Made by a program: the position numbers and the translations under genes
The notes under the pieces: generated by a model
Told to the model about the DNA's origin: nothing
Databases searched by the model: none
The model's input: only the letters and a program-made list of their open reading frames with translations
DNA from: Solirubrobacteraceae bacterium
GTDB taxonomy: Bacteria; Actinomycetota; Thermoleophilia; Solirubrobacterales; Solirubrobacteraceae
Assembly: GCA_035940255.1 (NCBI GenBank)
Contig: DASZFA010000042.1
Location: forward strand, 4,394-68,393
Reading direction: 5' to 3'
DNA: 64,000 nt
Shown here: one piece after another, positions 12,623 to 26,487 of the stretch
Layout of the letters: each line of letters opens with the position of its first letter
Position numbering within the stretch: position 1 is the first letter of the stretch

Positions 12623-13000
12623 TTACAGCGACGGCTGGGACGTGGCGCGCACCGCCGCACGGGCGGCTTCGCGCGACGCTGCGCGATGCGCCTCGCGGCG
12701 GTGGCGCAGTTTGTCGCGGTGGCGCTTGACCTGGCGCGCGAGCTCGTCGACGACCAGGTTGAGCGAATGGAGCATCTCCGGCGAGGCATCGCGCGCTCGC
12801 AGGGTGACGCCCTTGAGGTAGAGCGTGGCCTCGGCGACCTGGCAGTTGGCGACCCGCGGGTTCGGCTCCTTGAAGATCTCGATCTCGAGTTGGGCCAGGT
12901 CGGAAACCTGACGCGCCACCTTGTTCAGGCGGCGTTCGACGTGCGTGCGCATGTCGGCGGTGACCGGGATGTTGCGACCCTTGATGTCGATTTGCATCAT
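12623..13000 (-). CDS. hpf: Ribosome hibernation promoting factor (HPF/RaiA)
   Basis: MQIDIKGRNIPVT...AEATL..KGVTLRA...SL..VVDELARQVKRHRDK S30AE pattern; lies upstream of secA. Confidence 0.85.
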   Translation of the reverse strand: MMQIDIKGRNIPVTADMRTHVERRLNKVARQVSDLAQLEIEIFKEPNPRVANCQVAEATLYLKGVTLRARDASPEMLHSLNLVVDELARQVKRHRDKLRHRREAHRAASREAARAAVRATSQPSL

Positions 13001-13143
13001 GGCTCCCTTCGTCCGCTTTGGAGTCCGCCTTCGATGCTACGCCTGCCCGCGGCGGATGTAAATGGGCATCGGCCGGGCGTCCAGCAAACCCCGACCGGTG
13101 CTGCCACGTTGCCGGGCGCCCGCGAGTGGGACAATCGGGGCGG

Positions 13144-13971
13144 ATGAGCCCCGACCTCTCCTGGACGCTCAGCCCCGGCGTGCTGATCGCCCTCGCGATC
13201 GTCGGTTGGGCCTACGTCCGGCGCTGGCGCCAGGTACGCCTGGGGCCCTCCCCGCGGCGCGCGGCGGAGGCGCCCGTGTGGCGGCTGTGCTGCTTCATCG
13301 CCTCCCTGATCTGCGTGCTGCTCGCCCTGATGTCGCCTCTGGACTCGCTCGCCGACCAGCTGTTCTTCACGCACATGGTTCAGCACATGCTGCTGCTCGA
13401 TCTAGTGCCGATCCTCGCGATCCTCGGCTTCACGAAGGTGATCCTGCGGCCGCTGACGCGCGCCGTCAACGACGCTGAGCGCCGTGCCGGCCCGCTCGCG
13501 CACCCGGCCTTCGCGGTCGTTCTCTATGTCGCGGTGATCTGGGTGTGGCACGTTCCGGCCGCCTACGACCTGGCGGTTCGCCATTCGTTCGTGCACGCGC
13601 TCGAGCACCTCACGTTCGTGATCGCGGGCACCCTCTACTGGTGGCATCTGCTCTCCCCGATACGGGCGCGGCTGCGCCTCGACGGGCTCGGGCCGGTCGT
13701 GTACATGGGCTCGACGAAGGTGCTCGTCGGGGCGCTCGGGATGGGACTCGCCTTCGCCCCGTCGGCGCTCTACCCCTACTACGTGCACCATGCGCGCGTG
13801 TGGGGCATCTCCGCGTTGGACGACCAGGCGATGGCTGGCCTGATCATGGCCGTCGAGCAGTCAATCGTGATGGGGATCGCCCTGGTCGTGCTGTTCGTGC
13901 GGGCGCTCGCCGAGTCAGAGCGCGAGCAGCAACGGCGCGAGCGCTACGACTTGGCGTCCCAGCAACCCTGA
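13144..13971 (+). CDS. ctaG: Cytochrome c oxidase assembly protein, caa3-type CtaG family
   Basis: SPLD, HMVQHMLL, WHVP, HALEH, DQAMAGLIM motifs; start set at ATG 13144. Confidence 0.85.
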   Translation: MSPDLSWTLSPGVLIALAIVGWAYVRRWRQVRLGPSPRRAAEAPVWRLCCFIASLICVLLALMSPLDSLADQLFFTHMVQHMLLLDLVPILAILGFTKVILRPLTRAVNDAERRAGPLAHPAFAVVLYVAVIWVWHVPAAYDLAVRHSFVHALEHLTFVIAGTLYWWHLLSPIRARLRLDGLGPVVYMGSTKVLVGALGMGLAFAPSALYPYYVHHARVWGISALDDQAMAGLIMAVEQSIVMGIALVVLFVRALAESEREQQRRERYDLASQQP

Positions 13972-13975
13972 ACAG

Positions 13976-14965
13976 CTAGCCGCGCGGGCGCAGGCTGGCG
14001 AGGATGCCCCCGTGGCCGGCGATCGCGCCGATCAGGATCGACTCCGGCGGGACCTCCGTTCCCGGGAACAGGATGCTGCCCCGCAGCTGTGCGCCGTCGC
14101 CGATGCTCACGCCGTCGCCGACCACGAGCGGGCACATCAGGCGCACGCCCTCGCCGATCCGCACGTCACGTCCAATCCATGCCGGGCCTTCGAGCTCCAC
14201 GTCCTCGCGCAGCGGCAGGCCGTCGGCGACGATGACGCCCGGGCGCAGTTCCTGTCCCTCGACCTGCAGGCGCAGCTCGCCGCGCAACGCGTCGAAGGTT
14301 CCTTTCCTGAGCTCGCTCAGCGAGCCGATGTCGTTCCAGTACTCGCGCACCTCGTGGATGTAGAACGGCACGTCATTCTCGAGCAGCACCGGGAAGACGT
14401 CTTTCGCCCAGTCCACGAACGCGCGCTCGGGGAAATAATCGAAGATCTTCGGGTCGAACACGTAGATGCCGCAGTTGCCGAGGTCGGAGAGGGCCTCGTC
14501 AGGGCTGGGCTTCTCCTGAAAGCCCGTGATGCGGCCTTCGCGATCGTGCAGCACGACCCCGAACTCGCGCGTGTCCGGGACCTTCTTGACCGCCAGCGTC
14601 GCGATCCCGTCGGTCTCGCGGTGCCTGGCGGCGAGCGCCGTGAGGTCGATGTCGGTGAGCGCGTCTCCGGAGAGGACCAGGAACGGTTCCGCCCCGAAGA
14701 ACTCGGCGCACGCCCGCACGCCGCCGGCTGTCCCGAGCAGCTCCGGCTCGTAGTGGTACTGCATCCGCTCGCCGAAATGCTCGCGGATCGCGTCGGGGAA
14801 GTAGTGCAGGTTCGTGATCACCCGATCGAAGCCGTGCCTGTCGAGGAGGTCGACGATGTGCTCCATCACCGGCCGGTCGAGCACCGGCACCATCGGCTTC
14901 GTGATCTCGTAAGTGAGCGGGCGCAGGCGGGTACCCAGGCCGGCCGCGAGGACCATCGCTCTCAT
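13976..14965 (-). CDS. NDP-sugar pyrophosphorylase (mannose-1-phosphate guanylyltransferase-like)
   Basis: MVLAAGLGTRLRPLT, KPMVP, GTAGGV, EKP, YWNDIG, short hexapeptide-repeat tail. Confidence 0.9.
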   Translation of the reverse strand: MRAMVLAAGLGTRLRPLTYEITKPMVPVLDRPVMEHIVDLLDRHGFDRVITNLHYFPDAIREHFGERMQYHYEPELLGTAGGVRACAEFFGAEPFLVLSGDALTDIDLTALAARHRETDGIATLAVKKVPDTREFGVVLHDREGRITGFQEKPSPDEALSDLGNCGIYVFDPKIFDYFPERAFVDWAKDVFPVLLENDVPFYIHEVREYWNDIGSLSELRKGTFDALRGELRLQVEGQELRPGVIVADGLPLREDVELEGPAWIGRDVRIGEGVRLMCPLVVGDGVSIGDGAQLRGSILFPGTEVPPESILIGAIAGHGGILASLRPRG

Positions 14966-14982
14966 CGGCTGTCGGCCCCGGC

Positions 14983-16488
14983 CTAGTAGCGGTAGTGGTC
15001 GGACTTGTAGGGACCGTCCACCGGAACCCCGATGTAGGCAGCCTGCTCGTCCGTGAGCCGCGTCAGCTTGACGCCGAGCGCGTCGAGGTGAAGGCGGGCC
15101 ACCTTCTCGTCCAGGTGCTTGGGCAGGACGTAGACCTTCTTCCCGTACTCGTCGTTCTTGGTGAAGAGCTCGATCTGCGCGATCGTCTGGTTGGAGAAGG
15201 AGCTGCTCATCACGAAGCTCGGGTGGCCGGTGGCGTTGCCGAGGTTCAGCAGGCGCCCCTCCGAGAGCAGGATGATCGCGTGGCCGTCCGGGAAGACCCA
15301 CTTGTCGACCTGCGGCTTGATGTTGATCCGCTCGATCCCGGCCACGCGGGCGAGGCCGGCGATGTCGATCTCGTTATCGAAGTGCCCGATGTTGCCCACG
15401 ATGGCCTGGTGCTTCATCCGCCTCATGTCCTCGGCGGTGATGATGTCCCTGTTGCCGGTCGTCGTGATGAAGATGTCGCCTCTGTCGAGCACTTCCCCGA
15501 GCGTCCGCACCTCGTACCCCTGCATCGCCGCCTGCAGGGCGCAGATCGGATCGATCTCCGTGATCACCACGCGCGCGCCCTGTCCGCGTAGCGATTCGGC
15601 GCAGCCCTTGCCGACGTCGCCGAAGCCGCAGATGACGGCGACCTTGCCGCCGATCATCACGTCCGTGGCGCGGTTGATGCCGTCGATCAGCGAGTGTCGG
15701 CAGCCATACAGGTTGTCGAACTTGGACTTCGTGACGGAGTCGTTGACGTTGATCGCGGGGAACAGCAGTTCGCCGTTCTCGACCATCTGGTAGAGGCGGT
15801 GCACGCCGGTCGTCGTCTCCTCGGTGACGCCTTTGATGCCTTCGCCGATCCGCGTCCAGCGCTGCGGGTCCTCGGCGAGCGAGCGCGTGAGCAGGGAGAG
15901 GATGACCCCGAACTCCTCCGAGTCGGCGCTCGCCGGCTCGGGTACCGCTCCGGCCCGCTCGTACTCGGTGCCCTTGTGCACGAGCAGCGTCGCGTCGCCG
16001 CCGTCGTCGAGGATCATGTTCGGCCCCGAGCCGGATCCGCCGTCCGCGTGCCCGCCGTCCTCGCCCTCCGGCCAGCGCAGCACCTGCTCGGTGCACCACC
16101 AGTACTCCTCGAGCGTCTCCCCCTTCCAGGCGTAGACGGGCACACCCTGCGGACTCTCCGGCGTTCCCCGAGGGCCGACGGCGACCGCGGCGGCCGCATG
16201 GTCCTGCGTCGAGAATATGTTGCAGCTGCACCAGCGGACCTTGGCGCCGAGCGCCGTCAGCGTCTCGATCAGGACCGCGGTCTGGATCGTCATATGCAGC
16301 GACCCGGTGATGCGTGCGCCCTTCAGCGGCTGAGCGTCCGCATAGTCGCGGCGGATCGCCATCAGGCCCGGCATCTCGTGCTCGGCGAGCGTTATCTCCT
16401 TGCGGCCGAACTCGGCGAGCGAGATGTCGGCGACCTTGAAATCGGTCTCCGTCAGGGTGGCGGTGGGGGTCATCATCGAGGCCTCCAT
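14983..16488 (-). CDS. ahcY: Adenosylhomocysteinase
   Basis: [53 protein letters not shown]. Confidence 0.98.
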   Translation of the reverse strand: MEASMMTPTATLTETDFKVADISLAEFGRKEITLAEHEMPGLMAIRRDYADAQPLKGARITGSLHMTIQTAVLIETLTALGAKVRWCSCNIFSTQDHAAAAVAVGPRGTPESPQGVPVYAWKGETLEEYWWCTEQVLRWPEGEDGGHADGGSGSGPNMILDDGGDATLLVHKGTEYERAGAVPEPASADSEEFGVILSLLTRSLAEDPQRWTRIGEGIKGVTEETTTGVHRLYQMVENGELLFPAINVNDSVTKSKFDNLYGCRHSLIDGINRATDVMIGGKVAVICGFGDVGKGCAESLRGQGARVVITEIDPICALQAAMQGYEVRTLGEVLDRGDIFITTTGNRDIITAEDMRRMKHQAIVGNIGHFDNEIDIAGLARVAGIERINIKPQVDKWVFPDGHAIILLSEGRLLNLGNATGHPSFVMSSSFSNQTIAQIELFTKNDEYGKKVYVLPKHLDEKVARLHLDALGVKLTRLTDEQAAYIGVPVDGPYKSDHYRY

Positions 16489-16504
16489 GGTAGTGAGCGG
16501 CGCA

Positions 16505-17587
16505 TCAGCGTTTGGCGAGGGCGGCCTTGAGCTCGTCGAGGGCCTTCACGGGGCCCGGGTCCACGCCATGAAGCGCGGCGAGGTAAATCGAGACGAGATC
16601 GCCGAGCAGCACCAGCGAGATGACGCGCTCGATCGACGTCTGTCCGCGGGTCTCCAGCCTGAAGCTCGCCGCCGCGTTGCCAGCGATCATCTGCTCGGTC
16701 AGCTCCATCCGCGCCTTCACGCGCGGATGGGCGTCGGAGTCGTCGAGAAACACCGCCGAGAAGCGCCCTGCGGCGTGCGCGCCCTCCCAACCGATCAGCT
16801 CGTTGTGATCGAGCTCCGGAATTTCGCTGGCGAACGCGGGCTGCTTGGCGTTCTCGTTGATCTGCGTCTTCCAGCGGTAGGCGATCGCCGTCGTCAGGCC
16901 CGCTCCGGCGATCACCGGCACCGTGCCATACAGTCCGCGTGCAATCTCCTTCGCAAGCGAGTCCTCCGGCGCATCGGGCCCCCACTCCGCGACGAGCTGC
17001 TCGGTATGCGAAGCGGCAACGTCGATCTCGGACGTCAGGCGCGGACCCGCCCCGCACAGAGCGGCGACCTCCAGCGCGGCGACGATCATGTAGGCGACGG
17101 CGGCACGCGGCTCGAAACCGCCAGGCAGCGGGATCACCGGGACGCCGTCGGCACGGGCCATCTCGGCGAGGCGCCCACCCGTGGTCACGACGGTTCGCTT
17201 GGCGCCGAGCGCCCCTGCCGACTCGTAGCAGGCGAGCGTCTCCTCCGTATCGCCCGAATAGCTCGCGCACAGGACCATCGTCTCCGGCGTCGTCCAGGTT
17301 GGCAGGCCGTAGGCGCGTGTCACGAAGAACGGCCTCGAGGCATGGTCGCCTAGGGCCGCGCGGGCGAGCGCCCCGCCGATCGCCGAGCCGCCCATGCCCG
17401 CCACCACGAGCCCGGCCGGGGTGTCCCAGTCCTGCATGATCGCCGACTCCGCGCGCCAGAGCGCGTCGCGCAGCTGCTCCGGCAGAGCCAGCACGTCAGC
17501 GAGCTGGTCGGAGGCGTCGACCTGGGCGATGGCTGCGCGCGTGAGCTCGGCGGCGGCTGGCGTGGCGGCGACGCTACCGTCGCTCAT
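16505..17587 (-). CDS. Bifunctional phosphoglucose/phosphomannose isomerase (SIS fold)
   Basis: [36 protein letters not shown]. Confidence 0.9.
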   Translation of the reverse strand: MSDGSVAATPAAAELTRAAIAQVDASDQLADVLALPEQLRDALWRAESAIMQDWDTPAGLVVAGMGGSAIGGALARAALGDHASRPFFVTRAYGLPTWTTPETMVLCASYSGDTEETLACYESAGALGAKRTVVTTGGRLAEMARADGVPVIPLPGGFEPRAAVAYMIVAALEVAALCGAGPRLTSEIDVAASHTEQLVAEWGPDAPEDSLAKEIARGLYGTVPVIAGAGLTTAIAYRWKTQINENAKQPAFASEIPELDHNELIGWEGAHAAGRFSAVFLDDSDAHPRVKARMELTEQMIAGNAAASFRLETRGQTSIERVISLVLLGDLVSIYLAALHGVDPGPVKALDELKAALAKR

Positions 17588-17691
17588 CCGGCGCTCGCCT
17601 CGTCTCGTGACGGTGTCCAGGGAACCATGGATCGGGGGGCTTTCGTGTCGTGGGGGGACTCAGTTGGCGGGGACTGTAGCCGCGACGCGGG

Positions 17692-18792
17692 CTAGAACTC
17701 GATCGCGCCGTCGGGCAATGTGACCCCTGGGAAGATACGCGCCCCGCGGGTGATGACGTTGTCCGCCCCGATCGTGACCCCCTCGCCGAGCACCGCGCCG
17801 CCGGTGATCTTGGTGCGCGCACCGACGCGACAACCTGCCGCGACGATGCAGTCGCGCAGCTGGCAGCCCTCGCCGATCTGCGACCCGTTGAGTATCACCG
17901 ATCGCTCCACCGTCGTTCCGGCGCCGACAGACACGCCTTCGGAAAGCACGGCGAGGCTGCCCACTTGAGCGCCCTCCGCGACGTGGACCCCGCGCTCCAG
18001 GACGGCAGGCGGGATCACGCGCCCAAAGACCTCGGCGGTCTCGTGCACGGCCAGCCAGTCGCTGCCGAGACGCTCGCGCACGGCCGTGTCGACATTGCCC
18101 TCGATGATGTCGAACGTTCCCTGCAGGTAGCGCTCGGGCGTGCCGATGTCCAGCCAGTAGCTCTTGGATGGGTACCCGTAGAGGCCGTCCCCGACGAGCA
18201 GCGGCCAAATCTCTCGCTCGATCGAGACGTTTCGGTCGGGCGCCACGAGGTCGAGGACTTTGCGCTCGAGCACGTATGCGCCCGCGCTGATCAGGTTGCT
18301 CTCGACGCTGTCGGAGCTCGGCTTCTCGACGAACTCCCGCACGGAGCGATCCTCCTCGAGGATCACGAGCCCGTATGCGGTGGGATCGGCGACGGGAACG
18401 AGCGCGAGCGTGGCCCGCGCACCGGTGGCCTCGTGTTGGGCGATCTGCTCGGTCAGGTCCAAGTCGGTGAGCACGTCGCCGTTGAGCATCAGGAAGCGTT
18501 CGTCGAGCATCGGTTCGGCGAGCTTCACCGCCCCCGCGGTGCCCCGCGGATCCGGCTCCTCGATGAACCGCAGGCGGATCCCGAGCCCGGATCCGTCCCC
18601 GAGCACGTTGCGCACGCTCGTCGCGAGGAAGCCGCAGGACATGATCACGTCGTCGATCCCGTGCTCGCGCAGCCACTCGAGCATGTAGGAGATGAACGGC
18701 CGGTCGACGAGCGGCACCACCGGCTTGGGGACGGTCGAGGTAAGCGGGCGCAGCCGCGTGCCCTGCCCCCCGACGAGGATCACGGCCTGGAT
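17692..18792 (-). CDS. NDP-sugar pyrophosphorylase (mannose-1-phosphate guanylyltransferase-like); possible ATC start
   Basis: QAVILVGGQGTRLRPLT, GTAGAV, NGDV, EKP, YWLDIGTP, hexapeptide repeats. Start is either ATC 18792 (SD-supported) or GTG 18783. Confidence 0.9.
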   Translation of the reverse strand: MQAVILVGGQGTRLRPLTSTVPKPVVPLVDRPFISYMLEWLREHGIDDVIMSCGFLATSVRNVLGDGSGLGIRLRFIEEPDPRGTAGAVKLAEPMLDERFLMLNGDVLTDLDLTEQIAQHEATGARATLALVPVADPTAYGLVILEEDRSVREFVEKPSSDSVESNLISAGAYVLERKVLDLVAPDRNVSIEREIWPLLVGDGLYGYPSKSYWLDIGTPERYLQGTFDIIEGNVDTAVRERLGSDWLAVHETAEVFGRVIPPAVLERGVHVAEGAQVGSLAVLSEGVSVGAGTTVERSVILNGSQIGEGCQLRDCIVAAGCRVGARTKITGGAVLGEGVTIGADNVITRGARIFPGVTLPDGAIEF

Positions 18793-18796
18793 GGGC

Positions 18797-20086
18797 TCAC
18801 CTCCTGCCGATTCCCTCGTAGTGCAGGCCGGCGGCGCGGACCGTCTCGGGGTCCAGGGCGTTGCGGCCGTCGACGAGCAGATCTCCGCGCATGCGCCCGG
18901 ACACCTCGGGCCAGTCGAGCTCTCGAAGCTCCTCCCACTCGGTCACGAGCACGATCGCGTCGGCGTCCTGGACGGCCCCGAACGCCGAATCGCGATACGC
19001 CAGCTGCGGCATCAGCTTGCGGGCCTCGTCCTCGGCGATCGGGTCATAGGCGCTGACCACGGCGCCCTCGGCCAGCAGTCGCGCGGCCAGCACCAGCGAG
19101 GAGGCGCCGCGCATGTCGTCGGTCTCGGGCTTGAACGCCAAGCCCAGGAGGCCGATGCGCTTCCCGGCCAGGCCGCCCAGATGCCGCTGCAGCTTGGAAA
19201 CCACACGGCGCTTCTGAAGCTCGTTCACCTCGGTCACAGCGTTCAGAAGCTGGAAATGGTAGCCAGAGTTGGCTGCGAGCAGCTTCAGCGCGCTGACGTC
19301 CTTGCTGAAGCAGGAGCCGCCGTAGCCGATGCCGGCCTGCAAGAACTTCGGACCGATACGGTCGTCCAGGCCGACGCCCCGTGCGACCTCGATCACGTCG
19401 GCGCCGGTCTCCTCGCACACGTTGGCGATCTCGTTGATGAACGAGATCTTGGTCGCCAGAAAAGCATTCGCAGCGAGCTTGATCATCTCCGCGCTCGCGA
19501 CGTCGGTGCGCACGAGCGGGGCCTTCAAGGGCGAATACAGCTCGACGACCGCGTCGCCGGCCCAGTCGCCGTTGTCGCCGACGACCACCCGATCGGGATC
19601 CATGAAGTCCTTCAGGGCTGACCCCTCCTTGAGGAACTCCGGACATGAGACGTAGGCCATCCCTCCCTTGCCGCGGTCGCGGAAGATCCGCTGGATCGTG
19701 GCGCCGGTGCCGCACGGCACGGTGGACTTCATGACCAGCGCGTGGCGATCGGACCCAGGCAATTGGTCCACGACGTCGTTCACCGCCGTCAGGTCGGCAT
19801 CGCCGGAGTGGGTCGGCGGAGTCCCAACTGCGATGAACAGCAGCCGCGCTTGCTCAAGGGCGTCCTTGGGCTCGGTCGAGAAGTGCAGCCGCTCGATGTT
19901 CCGCGCCAGCAGCTCCGCGAGGCCCGGCTCGAAGATCGGCACCTCGCCCCGCCTCAGGCGCTCGATCTTCTCGGCGTCGATGTCCACGCACCACACCTCG
20001 CTGCCGAGCTCGGCGAAGCCGGCCGCCGTCACCAGGCCGACGTAGCCGGTGCCTATCACCCCGATTGGCTCGCGCGCTGGGCTCAT
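18797..20086 (-). CDS. ugd: UDP-glucose/GDP-mannose 6-dehydrogenase
   Basis: GTGYVG, KSTVP, PEFLKEG, GYGGSCFSKD, FKPETDDMR, DGRN. Confidence 0.92.
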   Translation of the reverse strand: MSPAREPIGVIGTGYVGLVTAAGFAELGSEVWCVDIDAEKIERLRRGEVPIFEPGLAELLARNIERLHFSTEPKDALEQARLLFIAVGTPPTHSGDADLTAVNDVVDQLPGSDRHALVMKSTVPCGTGATIQRIFRDRGKGGMAYVSCPEFLKEGSALKDFMDPDRVVVGDNGDWAGDAVVELYSPLKAPLVRTDVASAEMIKLAANAFLATKISFINEIANVCEETGADVIEVARGVGLDDRIGPKFLQAGIGYGGSCFSKDVSALKLLAANSGYHFQLLNAVTEVNELQKRRVVSKLQRHLGGLAGKRIGLLGLAFKPETDDMRGASSLVLAARLLAEGAVVSAYDPIAEDEARKLMPQLAYRDSAFGAVQDADAIVLVTEWEELRELDWPEVSGRMRGDLLVDGRNALDPETVRAAGLHYEGIGRR

Positions 20087-20099
20087 CAGACGCGGAAGG

Positions 20100-20600
20100 C
20101 TAGTTGTTGGCGCCCGCGTTGCCCTCGGCAGCCTGTTCCGATGGCACTGCGGTCAGCCGGAACACCGGATGCTTGGGCGCGATCCCCCGCAGCTCCTGCT
20201 CGGAAGAGTCGGGTCCGACTCCTTCGAAGAACACTCCCACCTCGGCCTTCCAGCGCTTGAGGTAGGCGCGCAGGATCGCCACCTTGCGCTCGTCATCGAT
20301 CTCCTCGGCGCGGAATGGCTCGGTGCGGCGGCCAAGTCGCAGACGTCCCTCGTGGCTAACTCGTAGGTTGCGCACCCACTGCGTCTCGCCGCGCGGCGCG
20401 ACGAGGTAGCGCTCGTCTTCATGGGTGAGGAGGTTCACCGGCGTGCGCCGCCACTCGCCCGACGTGCGTCCGCGCACTTCGAGCACGCGCGAGCCCAGAA
20501 CGCTCACACCGAGACGGGTGAGCGCCGCGACGATCCGGTTGAAGACGTTCTTCGTGAACCAGCCCGGGCGCTTGAAGTGCGCGCTCCTGGAAGCGTCCAT
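20100..20600 (-). CDS. Deazaflavin (F420)-dependent nitroreductase family protein
   Basis: GRTSGEWRRTPV, WVRNLR, HPVFRL. Confidence 0.8.
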   Translation of the reverse strand: MDASRSAHFKRPGWFTKNVFNRIVAALTRLGVSVLGSRVLEVRGRTSGEWRRTPVNLLTHEDERYLVAPRGETQWVRNLRVSHEGRLRLGRRTEPFRAEEIDDERKVAILRAYLKRWKAEVGVFFEGVGPDSSEQELRGIAPKHPVFRLTAVPSEQAAEGNAGANN

Positions 20601-20611
20601 TCCCACTTCTC

Positions 20612-21019
20612 CTACTGTCCGACGGACAGGAACGCCTCGTAACGGCGGCTGTCGCGCTCGGCGCGCGCCTGCTGCTCGGTGCCCTCCTGCGCGCTCTCGG
20701 CCGCTGCCTGGGCCTCGGCGAGCCTGCTTTCGAGCGTCGAGCGGTCGAGCTGCTCCGGTGAGATCGCCTCCTCGACCAGCACGAGCGCGCGGTTCTCGGC
20801 GAACTGCAGGTACCCCTCTGCTTGCGCAAAGCGCACTATCTCGGTCTCGGAGCGGTACAGACGCAGCTCGGTCGGTTCGAGCCTCGCGAGCACCGGCTCG
20901 TGGTGCGCGAGCACGCCGATCGAGCCCACCACGGTGCGAGTCGAGAGCATCTCGACCTCGTCCGAGAACACCTCGCCCTCGGGCGTGAGGACTTCCACTG
21001 GGAACTTGCTCCTCGCCAC
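20612..21019 (-). CDS. atpC: ATP synthase F1 epsilon subunit
   Basis: VLTPEG, GSIGVLAHHEP; last gene of the atp operon. Confidence 0.95.
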   Translation of the reverse strand: MARSKFPVEVLTPEGEVFSDEVEMLSTRTVVGSIGVLAHHEPVLARLEPTELRLYRSETEIVRFAQAEGYLQFAENRALVLVEEAISPEQLDRSTLESRLAEAQAAAESAQEGTEQQARAERDSRRYEAFLSVGQ

Positions 21020-21023
21020 GGCG

Positions 21024-23490
<2,467 letters not shown>

Positions 23491-23511
23491 GGCTGATCGC
23501 GTCCAGGGGCC

Positions 23512-25065
<1,554 letters not shown>

Positions 25066-25093
25066 GTCGGTTCTCCTAATTGGGTGAGGCCCT

Positions 25094-25630
25094 CTACGTG
25101 GCTCCTTGGGCAACGTGCCTGCGCAGCTGCTCCAGTCGGTTTCGGATGGAGGCGTCGAGGATCGAGTTGCCGACCCTGACCACGAGGCCGCCGAGGATTT
25201 CGGGGTCCACGCGCGTGGCGAGCTTGACCTTGCGATCGGCGCGCTCGGCGATCTGCCTGGCCAGGCTCTCGGTCGTTCGCTGATCGAGCTCGATCGCGCT
25301 GGTGATCTCGACGGGGAGGGTCCGGTTCTCCTCCTCCCACAGCTGCTCGAACTCCTGGCGGATGCGGAAGATCACCGGCATGCGGTGCTTTTCGATCAGC
25401 AGCTCCAGGAAGTTCACGAAGATTTCCTCGGCGCCCACGAGCACGCGGCCGAGCGCGTCCTGCTTCTCGCTGATCGAGAAATAGGGTGAGAAGAAGAACA
25501 CGGCAAGCTCGCGAGTCTCGTTCAGCGCGTCGACGAACTGAGCGAGCTGCCCGCGCACCTGATCCAGCTTGCCCGATTCGCGGGCGACCTCGAACAGCGA
25601 GCGCGCGTATACCTTGGCGATCTCCTCCAT
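25094..25630 (-). CDS. atpH: ATP synthase F1 delta subunit
   Basis: [23 protein letters not shown]. Confidence 0.95.
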   Translation of the reverse strand: MEEIAKVYARSLFEVARESGKLDQVRGQLAQFVDALNETRELAVFFFSPYFSISEKQDALGRVLVGAEEIFVNFLELLIEKHRMPVIFRIRQEFEQLWEEENRTLPVEITSAIELDQRTTESLARQIAERADRKVKLATRVDPEILGGLVVRVGNSILDASIRNRLEQLRRHVAQGAT

Positions 25631-26199
25631 CAGTTGTTCGACGCGCCCGAGGCGAGACCGCTGAAGTCCATTTCGAGCAGCGCCTCCTCGACCAGGCGCT
25701 TCTGGTCGTCCGGCGTGAGCGCCTTGCGTGTCACCTTCTCGGTGGCCATGATCGTGAGGTCCGCGACCTCATTGCGGATGTCGTCGAGCGCGCGCTTCGT
25801 GGCTGCCTCGATTTCACGCTGGGCCCGCTGCGAGGCCTCCGAAACGAGCTCCCGGCCCCGCTCTTTGGCTTCGTGCTCGTGGGCCTCGGCCGTCTGACGC
25901 GCGCGCTGGATGATCTCGTCGGCCTGCTCCCTGGCCTGCCTCAGCCGCTCGCGGTAATCGGCCAGGATCTGCTCGGCTTCGGCGCGCGTGCGCTCCGCGG
26001 TGTCGAGCGACTCTTCGATCGTCCTCTGGCGGCGTTCGAGCGCGGCGCTGATCGGCGGGAATGCGTACTTGGCGAGCAGGACCATCGTGATCCCGAACAC
26101 GAGCAGCGTCCAGACCATCAGACCGATACCCGGCTTGATCAGGAAGCTCCCCTTGGCGGCGAGCGGAGTCGCTAGATCGTGTGCGAGAGAGGCGAGCAT
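25630..26199 (-). CDS. atpF: ATP synthase F0 b subunit
   Basis: Single TM followed by coiled coil; PPISAALERR; operon position. Confidence 0.95.
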   Translation of the reverse strand: MLASLAHDLATPLAAKGSFLIKPGIGLMVWTLLVFGITMVLLAKYAFPPISAALERRQRTIEESLDTAERTRAEAEQILADYRERLRQAREQADEIIQRARQTAEAHEHEAKERGRELVSEASQRAQREIEAATKRALDDIRNEVADLTIMATEKVTRKALTPDDQKRLVEEALLEMDFSGLASGASNN

Positions 26200-26202
26200 G
26201 CG

Positions 26203-26472
26203 CTAGACGATGAAGGCAGCCAGGAGACCGGCCACGAGCCCGTAGAAGAAGCAGGCCTCCGTCAACGCGAACCCCAGAAACTGAAGCTGGGTGATCTCGT
26301 CTTTCATCTCCGGTTGGCGGGTGATCGCTTCGATCGCCTTGCCGAACACAAGTCCGATGCCGACGCCGGCGCCAACGGCCCCAAGACCGCCGCCGACGCC
26401 CAGGCCGATCGACTTGCCGGCCTTGGCTATTTCTTCAGTGGCCGCCAGGAGGGTGATAAGGGCTATGTGCAC
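26203..26472 (-). CDS. atpE: ATP synthase F0 c subunit
   Basis: GAGVGIG, RQPE loop, GFALTEA ion-binding Glu. Confidence 0.97.
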   Translation of the reverse strand: MHIALITLLAATEEIAKAGKSIGLGVGGGLGAVGAGVGIGLVFGKAIEAITRQPEMKDEITQLQFLGFALTEACFFYGLVAGLLAAFIV

Positions 26473-26487
26473 GGCGATTGGCTCCTT

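Noticed and set aside
16489-16504. SAH riboswitch before ahcY
   Set aside because: The gap is only 16 nt and no consensus was recognised.
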